The notes beneath the pieces are model-generated. The model ran no database searches, had not been told where the DNA came from, and saw only the letters and a program-made list of their open reading frames with translations. The position numbers and the translations under genes are program-made. Below, piece by piece: positions 17,396-24,896 of a DNA stretch of 32,000 nt (its first letter is position 1; every line of letters begins with the position of its first letter). The stretch comes from Hyperthermus butylicus DSM 5456 (GTDB lineage Archaea > Thermoproteota > Thermoprotei_A > Sulfolobales > Pyrodictiaceae), in assembly GCF_000015145.1 (NCBI RefSeq), contig NC_008818.1, positions 510,001 through 542,000 on the forward strand, written 5' to 3'.

Positions 17396-18625
17396 TTGCC
17401 GCCACCAGAGAGGATAGCTGGCATAGTTGGTAAGACGAACGTAGGTAAGTCAACATTCTTTGCTGCTGCAACCCTGGCAACAGTAGAGATAGGCAATAGG
17501 CCATTTGTAACACTAGAGCCGAGTACCGGTGTAGGCTATGTGCGTAAGCGCTGCATCCACGTGGAGCTAGGGCTTCCGCGCTGCGAACCAGCGTCGGGCT
17601 ACTGTATTGATAGCTGGAGGTTCATACCGGTAAAGCTGGTGGACATACCAGGCCTCATACCGGGCGCCCACGAAGGTAAGGGTCTTGGCAACAAGTTCCT
17701 AGACGCGATAAGACGGGCAGACGCCATTATACTGGTTGTTGATGCTGCAGGCTCAACCGACGCAGCTGGGAACCCGGTCCCTCCTGGCACCTATGACCCA
17801 GTAGAGGAGGTTAGGTGGCTCGAGGTAGAACTCGAAGAGTGGATGTACGGGATAATAAAGAGCGACTGGCAACGCTTCGCGCTCCGCGTCTCAACAACCG
17901 GGGAAAACGCTGTTGAAGCTCTTGCACAGAGACTTAGCGGGCTCAGCGTGAGGAAAGAGCATGTCGAAGAGGCCCTAGAATATGCTGGGTTAACAGGGAA
18001 GAGCCTGACATCGTGGAGTGACGAGGATTTACGCCGTTTCGTTAGAGGGCTGCGTCTCTCCAAGCCAATGCTTGTAGCTGCCAATAAGGCCGACATACCC
18101 GAGGCAGAGGACAATATTAAGCGGATGCAGCGCGAGCTCAAGGAGTATACTGTAGTGCCCACAAGCGCAGCAGCAGAACTGGCGCTACGGCGGGCTGCCA
18201 GGGCAGGCCTGATAAAGTACATCCCGGGCGACAGTGACTTCGAGATAATAGCTGAGGACAAGCTGTCCAGGCAGCAGCTCAAAGCACTCGAATACATCAG
18301 GGAGCGGGTCCTCAAAAAGTGGGGCTCCACGGGAGTACAACAAGCAATAAACAAGACATTCCTCGAACTGCTAGACATGATAGTCGTATACCCAGTTGAA
18401 GACCCCAACAAGTACACCGACGGTAAAGGTAGGATACTGCCCGACGCATATCTCGTCCCGCGCGGCACCACGGCAAGAGAACTAGCATACATGATACACA
18501 CAGACCTGGGCAAAACATTCCTCTATGCAGTCAACGCGAGGACAAAGATGAGAATAGGCGAAGACTACATACTCCAGGACGACGATGTGATAAAAGTCGT
18601 AGCTGCAGCTGCAAAAAAGGGTTAG
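17396..18625 (+). CDS. Obg/DRG-class GTP-binding protein with C-terminal TGS-like domain
   Basis: G1 GIVGKTNVGKST, G3 DIPGLIPGAHEGKGLGNKFL, G4 ANKAD. C-terminal ARELAYMIHTDLGKTFLYAVN...DDDVIKVV resembles a TGS domain. Confidence 0.85.
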   Translation: MPPPERIAGIVGKTNVGKSTFFAAATLATVEIGNRPFVTLEPSTGVGYVRKRCIHVELGLPRCEPASGYCIDSWRFIPVKLVDIPGLIPGAHEGKGLGNKFLDAIRRADAIILVVDAAGSTDAAGNPVPPGTYDPVEEVRWLEVELEEWMYGIIKSDWQRFALRVSTTGENAVEALAQRLSGLSVRKEHVEEALEYAGLTGKSLTSWSDEDLRRFVRGLRLSKPMLVAANKADIPEAEDNIKRMQRELKEYTVVPTSAAAELALRRAARAGLIKYIPGDSDFEIIAEDKLSRQQLKALEYIRERVLKKWGSTGVQQAINKTFLELLDMIVVYPVEDPNKYTDGKGRILPDAYLVPRGTTARELAYMIHTDLGKTFLYAVNARTKMRIGEDYILQDDDVIKVVAAAAKKG

Positions 18626-18890
18626 GCGTAGAGCTAGAGAATCCTTAGCTAGAAACAGAATATCATGTGATTTAAACATCGAGCTTTGAACCGCATCTTT
18701 AGGTTGAGGGGGTCAGCCGGGGCGCACTCTCCCCATGGGCTCCAGGCATGATGCTAGCCGGCCTCGGAAATGCGGGCAAATCGTCATCCCCTACGGGATT
18801 CTTCTCGTCTAGACGAGCTTAGAAGGTTACATCACCAGGTCTCGGGCTCGTTCTCTCAAGCTATTATAACGTCAGTGCTATTCCCGGTGT

Positions 18891-18922
18891 CTATAAATAT
18901 AAAAATAAAAAGAAGTATATCT
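18891..18922 (+). promoter_or_regulatory. AT-rich promoter region (TATA-like) for the methyltransferase gene
   Basis: CTATAAATATAAAAATAAAAAGAAGTATATCT is by far the most A+T-rich stretch in the window. It lies 45-110 nt upstream of the candidate in-frame ATGs (18966, 19002). Confidence 0.4.
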
Positions 18923-18929
18923 ATGAAGT

Positions 18930-19799
18930 GTGTATTCTAACTACTTGCTGGCCTCGGGATGCCCCATGCTGCATGAGTGCTGGCAGCCTGGCCTTGGCAA
19001 GATGTTTCGTGGTGAGACTGCCAAGCTCTTCCTCAAGGTAATGGATAGTGTATGGGAGCGGGGTGAGGAGGAGGCTGAAGCTATAGCTGCTATGTTAAAG
19101 CGGAATGGTGTTGATGCTGGCTCTAGTCTCTTGGAGCTCGGTGCTGGTAACGGTCGTGTAGCCATCCCCTTGGCTAGGCGTGGATACCGGGTAACTGGTG
19201 TTGAGGCTTCAGAGGTATTTGTCGCGGATGGCCGGAGAAGGGTTGAGGAGGCGGGTCTATAGGATAGAGTTGAACTGGTTCTAGGAGACGTATATGATCT
19301 TGATGCCGCGCTTGGAGATAGGATGTTTGACGCTGCATACATGACCTGGACCAGTATAATAGGCTATGCTCTTTCCGAGGAATGCGACGAACTTGCGCTC
19401 CGAAACATTGCAAAACACGTGCGTCCCGGTGGCCTGCTCGTGATAGCCAATACTGCTAGCTATGACAACGTCGGTTTGAGACAGGGTATCTGCGGCTTGT
19501 CAGCGTCTCTCAGCATGGTGGATGAGGAACTTGTAGTTGTTGAAGAGCCCCGTTTCGACCCCGTAGAGAGTGTGGTAACAAACAAATGGACTTTCTATAG
19601 GTTGGAGGGTAAAGATCTACGCTACCTGGACGAGGTCGAGTTCAGATTTAGAATCTACACGCTCCGCGAGCTTGTAACGCTTGCTCGAAGTGCTGGCTGG
19701 GAGCTCGTGGAAGCGGTCAGCGATCCTGTAAAGGCTACGCCTTACAAGCCGTACAGGAGCCCATTCAACCTTGTCTTTCGGAGGACAGTCAGTACGTAG
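18930..19799 (+). pseudogene. Class I SAM-dependent methyltransferase interrupted by one in-frame TAG (19260-19262)
   Basis: ORFs 18930..19262 and 19323..19799 are in the same frame and read straight through: ...GYRVTGVEASEVFVADGRRRVEEAGL-TAG-DRVELVLGDVYDLDAALGDRMFDAAYMTW.... Motif I LLELGAGNGRVA lies before the stop. FDAAYM and VRPGGLLVI lie after it, so neither half is a complete Rossmann fold. Confidence 0.75.
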
Positions 19800-19876
19800 C
19801 TTTTGGCCTAGCTACGCTTTTAATAGGGCCTAGCATGCTAGCTGGTCTCCTCTGGGTGCTTGGAAGGGGAACGCTA

Positions 19877-20557
19877 ATGGCGCGCGGTCTATACCACTAT
19901 CTGCGGGAGATGTGGAAGCAGCGTCACGACATTCCGGAGCTCGCTGAGCTGTGGAAGAGGAGGATAATGGAGTGGAGGCGTCAGCCAAGCGTAGTGCGTA
20001 TCGAGAAACCCACACGCATTGACCGCGCCAGGGCGCTGGGATACAAGGCTAAGCAGGGCATTATCGTCGTAAGGGTGCGCGTAAGGAAGGGTGGTCTGAA
20101 CAGGCCGAGGCCAAACAAGGGTCGTAGGCCAAAGAGGATGGGTGTCTATGGCTACGCTCCTGCAAAGTCTACAAGGCTCATAGCTGAGGAAAGGGCGGCC
20201 CGCAAGTACCCCAACATGGAGGTCCTCAACAGCTACTATGTTGGCGAGGACGGCGAGTACAAGTGGTACGAAGTCATACTGGTTGACCGCAGCCACCCAG
20301 CAGTATGCAGAGACAAGGACCTGGGCTGGATATGCGAGAAGCAGCACCGCGGCAGAGTATTCAGAGGCCTAACAAGCGCAGGCAAGAAGATGCGCGGTCT
20401 GAGGAAGACACGTGGCCTACGCGGTACACACAAGTACAAGTGGAAGAAGAAGCAGAAGGAGCGCAAACTCAAGAAGCGCCACGAGGCACACCGCGGTGCA
20501 AGGCTCATTGCTCCAGACGAGATACGCGAAAAGTACCACAAGGGAGACCTAAAGTAG
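19877..20557 (+). CDS. rpl15e: 50S ribosomal protein L15e (eL15)
   Basis: [15 protein letters not shown]...[26 protein letters not shown]...SHPAV, with a Lys/Arg-rich tail. The longest ORF starts at 19835, but the family N-terminus matches ATG 19877. Confidence 0.93.
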   Translation: MARGLYHYLREMWKQRHDIPELAELWKRRIMEWRRQPSVVRIEKPTRIDRARALGYKAKQGIIVVRVRVRKGGLNRPRPNKGRRPKRMGVYGYAPAKSTRLIAEERAARKYPNMEVLNSYYVGEDGEYKWYEVILVDRSHPAVCRDKDLGWICEKQHRGRVFRGLTSAGKKMRGLRKTRGLRGTHKYKWKKKQKERKLKKRHEAHRGARLIAPDEIREKYHKGDLK

Positions 20558-20675
20558 CTCTCTACGAGCCGTGCTACCTTACATTCTATATGGCTAGCCC
20601 CCAGTTTTTATCTCGGAGAGGCAGGGGAGTACTCGGCGATGTCTCCTACATCCTCCTCTGCGTGGTGGCCCGCTC

Positions 20676-21134
20676 TTGTCTCGGATACCTACACGCGTCG
20701 TTGGCGTAGAGATATCAGTGCATGCACATGCGACAGAGGATGTTGGGAGGGTTAAGCAGGCAGTACTCAACCTACTACCAGAGAGTGTTCATGATAAGGC
20801 TGTCTTTGAAGAGCAGGTTCTCGAAGGCCACCACGGCAACCCTATAACCCGTATACGCCTCAGGCTCCGGGACCGTGATGCAGAGGAGTTTATCAAGCAT
20901 CTGGCATCGATGCTTAGTGATACTGAGAAGAGGGTTCTCCGTGCAATGCTTGGTGATAGGTATGATGAGAGACAGGGCAGAATGTACATTAGGCTTAGCA
21001 AACAAGATGCTTTCCTCGGCGATGCAAGACTCTACGATGGTGATGACGTGGTGCATATAGTGATTATTCTCCGGGGCTCGCCCAAGCTTGAAGAAGTAGC
21101 ACGCGTACTTGGTGAGCTGGGGCTGCTGGCGTGA
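20676..21134 (+). CDS. Predicted RNA-binding protein of the archaeal exosome/RNase P neighbourhood (UPF0201-like)
   Basis: VEISVHAHATEDVGRVKQAVLNLLPE...ITRIRLRLRD is the hallmark N-terminus of this small archaeal family. Its stop overlaps the rnp3 start. Confidence 0.65.
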   Translation: MSRIPTRVVGVEISVHAHATEDVGRVKQAVLNLLPESVHDKAVFEEQVLEGHHGNPITRIRLRLRDRDAEEFIKHLASMLSDTEKRVLRAMLGDRYDERQGRMYIRLSKQDAFLGDARLYDGDDVVHIVIILRGSPKLEEVARVLGELGLLA

Positions 21135-21793
21135 GGGCCTGCGATCTTAACGTCGCGCCTACCAGCGTTAACGAAGCTAGGCGTATGGCTAAGCTGTTAA
21201 AGGGTATGGGTGTTGGCTGTGTCGCTGTGGAGCATGGAGACCCTAGCGTGGCTAGGCAGCTAGTAAATGTTTTCGAGGAGGAGGGTGTTGAGGCCTATAC
21301 GCGTGTAACTCTCGAGATATCGGACTGGCAGCGTGGCATAGAGCTTGTGAGGAGAGCATCCAGGCTCTACAACATTGTAGTCGTTAAGCCCAAGACCGCC
21401 GAGGCGGCAAGGCTGGCGGCTAGGGATCCGAGGGTAGCTCTTCTACAGTTGACGCCAGGTATGGCGCGCTATATGGATAAGAGTCAGGCTCAAATGCTGC
21501 GCGAGGGTGGTGCAGCGGTCGAGATTAGGCTTCTCCCCCTACTATACGGCGGGGATCCACGCTCAGCACTGAGGGGGCTCATGATTATTGCGCGCCGGGC
21601 TGCAGCCTACGAGGCTGTATTCGTTGCTACCTCCGGTGCTAGGAGCGCCTGGGAACTATGGCATCCCGCCATTGTTAGGGGGCTACTAGTCTCCATAGGG
21701 CTCCCTGAGAATATTGCTAAGCTAGCCGTGACTGGATATCCACGCAGTATTGTTAGGCTAAAGGCTCTCAAGTCCCTAGCTAGCGAGGGGTGA
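21131..21793 (+). CDS. rnp3: RNase P protein component 3 (Rpp30 homologue)
   Basis: The TIM-barrel-type pattern DLNV...VVVKPKT...VEIRLLPLLYGGDPRSALRGLMIIARRAAAYEAVFVATSGARSAWELWHP is collinear with archaeal Rpp30. GTG 21131 overlaps TGA 21132-21134 of the upstream gene. Confidence 0.8.
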   Translation: MRACDLNVAPTSVNEARRMAKLLKGMGVGCVAVEHGDPSVARQLVNVFEEEGVEAYTRVTLEISDWQRGIELVRRASRLYNIVVVKPKTAEAARLAARDPRVALLQLTPGMARYMDKSQAQMLREGGAAVEIRLLPLLYGGDPRSALRGLMIIARRAAAYEAVFVATSGARSAWELWHPAIVRGLLVSIGLPENIAKLAVTGYPRSIVRLKALKSLASEG

Positions 21794-21802
21794 CTCTACG
21801 CC

Positions 21803-22372
21803 GTGACGTTGTGGGAGGCTATACTTATGGGTATTGTTGCGGTATTGTTGGTGCTAGTTTACCTCCTCAACCGCCGTGTCTCGGGGCTGACAGGGGCCCT
21901 TGGAGAGTTCCGGGCTAGGCTTGGCGAGCTAGAAGAGTCCTTCAATAATGTATTGAGAGAGCTGGGGTTTGTCTCCAGGTCCCTCAGCACGGCTCTCCAG
22001 AGTATCGAGGCTGAGGATGCGCTTGAGAGGCTTAGAAGGCGCCGGCGGAGACGCTACATAGCCTTTTACGTTGTGTATGAGGGTGATTCTCCCCCGCAGG
22101 CAGAAGAAGTGGAGAAGGCTATTGTTAGGGCTGTTGAGAGGCTTGCTGGGCAGCTAACGGTGGCACTTGCGAGGCTCCAGCTCGTATACTATGACCATGT
22201 TCGCGGTGCTGGCATTGTTAGAGCAACAAATGATACCAAGTATGTTGTGCTCGCAGCTATGGGGTTGGTGCGGAGCATTGGTGGCCGCAGAGTATTATTG
22301 GTGCCTGTTAGGACTACGGGAACCATTAAGAGGGCTAAGAAGGCGCTAGCTGTTCCCAGGAGACTGCTATGA
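21803..22372 (+). CDS. rnp2: RNase P protein component 2 (Pop5 homologue) with an ~80-aa N-terminal extension
   Basis: Pop5 core: RRYIAFYVVYEG...IVRAVERLAGQLTVALARLQLVYYDHVRGAGIVRATNDTKYVVLAAMGLVRSIGGRRVLLVPVRTTGTIKRAKK. The preceding 80 residues contain a hydrophobic helix (AILMGIVAVLLVLVYLL) and a heptad-like segment. An alternative in-frame TTG start lies at 21953. Confidence 0.8.
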   Translation: MTLWEAILMGIVAVLLVLVYLLNRRVSGLTGALGEFRARLGELEESFNNVLRELGFVSRSLSTALQSIEAEDALERLRRRRRRRYIAFYVVYEGDSPPQAEEVEKAIVRAVERLAGQLTVALARLQLVYYDHVRGAGIVRATNDTKYVVLAAMGLVRSIGGRRVLLVPVRTTGTIKRAKKALAVPRRLL

Positions 22373-23121
22373 CGCTGCGGAGGCCCTACACCGTCATATT
22401 CTCCACGATGACTCTTGACGGTCGCTTAGCATCATCGACGGGCTATAGTGTGCTCAGCTGCCCATACGATTTCGCGCGGCTCCGCCTCCTCCGCGGCGCA
22501 GCAGACGCCGTGATGATAGGTGCCAATACGGCGCTTCTGGACGATCCCTCGCTACGCAAGAGACTTGAGCCTAGAAGCGAGAAGTACTACAGAGTAGTGG
22601 TTGACGGTCGGCTCCGCATATCAGCGTCGCTGAGGCTGGTGCGCGAGCCTGAGCCGCCAGTGATAGTGTTTACAGCGGTTGAGTCACAGCGAGCCAGGGA
22701 GTTAGAGGAGCGTGGCGTGAGGGTACATGTTGTCGGCTCTAACGGTGTAGTAGACCTTGCTAGGGCGCTGGAGATACTAGCTGTAGAGTATGGTGTCGAG
22801 AGGCTCCTCGTGGAGGGTGGTGGGAGGCTCAACTATTCCCTGCTCTCGAGCAGGCTTGTAGACGAGGTACGCGCAACGATAACACCCTACGTGTTCGCCG
22901 CTGGCCGGAGCTTCTTCGAGGACCCGGTAGGTACTGGGTTCCGTGATACCCGCGAGTCGCCGAGGCTGCAGCTTGTCTGTACAGAGTTGTGCCCTTGTGG
23001 CCGCTGTGTACACGTAGTCTACCGTGTAGTGGATAGACGTGGGGAGCCGCTAGCTAGCTCCCTAGTGGAGCCGTGTCTGTCCAGTAAGCTCCGAGAGCTA
23101 GCTGCGAAGGGCCTCGTGTAG
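22369..23121 (+). CDS. arfC: 2,5-diamino-6-ribosylamino-4(3H)-pyrimidinone 5'-phosphate reductase (RibD C-terminal/ArfC type, reductase domain only)
   Basis: TVIFSTMTLDGRLAS, MIGANTALLDDPSL, LLVEGGGRLNYSLL. No cytidine-deaminase-type Zn motif is present. ATG 22369 overlaps the Pop5 stop TGA 22370-22372. Confidence 0.85.
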   Translation: MTLRRPYTVIFSTMTLDGRLASSTGYSVLSCPYDFARLRLLRGAADAVMIGANTALLDDPSLRKRLEPRSEKYYRVVVDGRLRISASLRLVREPEPPVIVFTAVESQRARELEERGVRVHVVGSNGVVDLARALEILAVEYGVERLLVEGGGRLNYSLLSSRLVDEVRATITPYVFAAGRSFFEDPVGTGFRDTRESPRLQLVCTELCPCGRCVHVVYRVVDRRGEPLASSLVEPCLSSKLRELAAKGLV

Positions 23122-23229
23122 CTAGCCATAGAGGCTCTTTACCCTCCCCACGGGAGGGGTGTGTAGTGCAGAACACTAAGGAGCGGCTTGGGCAGCAATG
23201 GAGACGTTTCGCTTCGGGGGCGCAGCGTA

Positions 23230-23949
23230 ATGGGCGAACTAGACAAGGCAATTGAGGCTATGCGGAAGGGTATCCCCGTCCTAATCCACGATGACTATGG
23301 TAGGGAGGACGAGGTAGACTATGTTATCCATGCATCCTACGTGACTGTCGACAAGATATATGAGATGAGAACCCTGGCAGGCGGCCTCATATGCTACGCT
23401 ATGCCGCTACCAGCTGGTGAGATGCTTGGCCTCCGCTACATAGCCGACATACTTGCTGGTATCGAGCCTCTTGGCAGGCTTGCAGAGCGCACCCTAGGCT
23501 ACGGTGATAAGCCTGCCTTCTCGCTATGGGTTAACCATCTGAAGGCCAGGACGGGGATACGGGACAGGGATAGGGCGCTCACAATACGCGAGCTGGACCG
23601 GGTTGTGAACCTCATATATTCTGGCAGGGTTGAGGAGGCCCGTAAGCTATTCTACGAGAGCTTCATGGCGCCAGGTCATGTGCCGATACTGCTTGGAAGA
23701 AGGCTCGGGGAGAGACGCGGTCACACCGAGCTATCCCTGCACCTTGCAATGCTTGCCGGGATGACACCGTCAACGGTTATCGTCGAGATGCTCGACCGTG
23801 GCGAGGCTTTGAGCGTGGAGGAGGCCCGCAGGGTATCTAGGGAGAAGGGCTACCCCCTGGTGGAGGGGAGTGAGATTATAGCAGAGGTGGAGCGTCGTGG
23901 TGAAGATATGTATTGTCGATACAACCTTTGCAAGAATAGACATGGCTAG
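23230..23949 (+). CDS. ribB: 3,4-dihydroxy-2-butanone-4-phosphate synthase
   Basis: IEAMRKGIPVLIHDDYGREDEVDYVIHASYVT, GGLICYAM, RRGHTELSLHLA. The family N-terminus fits ATG 23230; the longest ORF starts at 23188. Confidence 0.9.
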   Translation: MGELDKAIEAMRKGIPVLIHDDYGREDEVDYVIHASYVTVDKIYEMRTLAGGLICYAMPLPAGEMLGLRYIADILAGIEPLGRLAERTLGYGDKPAFSLWVNHLKARTGIRDRDRALTIRELDRVVNLIYSGRVEEARKLFYESFMAPGHVPILLGRRLGERRGHTELSLHLAMLAGMTPSTVIVEMLDRGEALSVEEARRVSREKGYPLVEGSEIIAEVERRGEDMYCRYNLCKNRHG

Positions 23950-24373
23950 GTATGCGATAGAGGTTCTCCAAAACCTCATGCCTGACGCAGTTATAGTCCG
24001 TAGGACGGTGCCGGGGATAAAGGACATCCCGGTTGAGATCAAGACGCTGATGCAGCGTGAGGGCTGCGAGGCAGGCATGGTTTTTGGCTGGGTTGGACGC
24101 AGCCTGGTTGACAAGATAAGTTATGCAGTATACTCTCTCGCGCTCCAGCTGGTGCAGCTCGAGCTGGGCCGCCACATTATAGACGTTACTGTGCACGAGG
24201 ACGAGTCCGAGAGCGAAGAGGAGCTCTACAGAATAGCGGCTGACAGGGCTAGGAAGCACGCCGAGAACCTTTACCTTCTACTCCGCAGGCCCGAGGAGCT
24301 AGTGAGACGTGCTGGTACAGGTAGGCGTCAAGGCTATCCTGATGCAGGCCCTATAATGGGCGGGTATGGCTAG
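23897..24373 (+). CDS. ribC: Archaeal-type riboflavin synthase
   Basis: N-terminal VKICIVDTTFARIDMARYAIEVL is the signature of the archaeal (lumazine-synthase-like) riboflavin synthase. It overlaps the ribB 3' end by 53 nt. Confidence 0.88.
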   Translation: MVKICIVDTTFARIDMARYAIEVLQNLMPDAVIVRRTVPGIKDIPVEIKTLMQREGCEAGMVFGWVGRSLVDKISYAVYSLALQLVQLELGRHIIDVTVHEDESESEEELYRIAADRARKHAENLYLLLRRPEELVRRAGTGRRQGYPDAGPIMGGYG

Positions 24374-24431
24374 CCAAGCATTTTTCCCCGCCAAGGCCTA
24401 AGGCTCACTGGGCTACGGGGTGTAGAGAGCA

Positions 24432-24896
24432 GTGTCTGCAGCTGATGTGAGGCTTGCATTTGTTGTAGCGGAATTCAACTATGACGTGACCTACCTCATG
24501 CTCCAGCGTGCGCTGAGCTATGCCAGGTTCCGTGGTGCAACTGTAACGTACATTGTTTACTCTCCCGGAGCCTACGATATGCCGATACTGGTAGAGGAGT
24601 TGCTGATAAAGGATGATGTGGATGCTGTGGTTGCGCTGGGTGCAATAATAACCGGGGCTACAAAGCACGACGAGGTGATAGCACACCAAGTAGCTAGGAA
24701 GCTAATGGACCTCGCTGAGAAGCATGGTAAGCCCGTAACTCTAGGCATATCTGGCCCGGGCATGAACCGTGTGCAGGCCCTGGAGCGCGTGGACGACTAT
24801 GCTAGGAGAGCTGTTGAGGCAGCAGTAAAGCTGGCCAAGAGGCTGAAAATGCTTAGGGAGGCAAGGTTTGAAGGTGAGACAGTCACGATCCAGTAG
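24432..24896 (+). CDS. ribH: 6,7-dimethyl-8-ribityllumazine synthase
   Basis: RLAFVVAEFNYDVTYLML, VYSPGAYDMPILV, VVALGAIITGATKHDEVIAHQVARKLMDL. Confidence 0.9.
   Translation: MSAADVRLAFVVAEFNYDVTYLMLQRALSYARFRGATVTYIVYSPGAYDMPILVEELLIKDDVDAVVALGAIITGATKHDEVIAHQVARKLMDLAEKHGKPVTLGISGPGMNRVQALERVDDYARRAVEAAVKLAKRLKMLREARFEGETVTIQ

Noticed and set aside
17791-18513. 240-aa minus-strand ORF
   Set aside because: It is entirely antisense to the GTPase gene, which has clear G1/G3/G4 motifs. The product is Ser/Leu/Cys-rich with no motifs.
18700-18800. Possible tRNA or intron-containing tRNA in the GTPase-methyltransferase gap
   Set aside because: No T-loop (GTTCRAAT) and no acceptor/anticodon stem arrangement on either strand.
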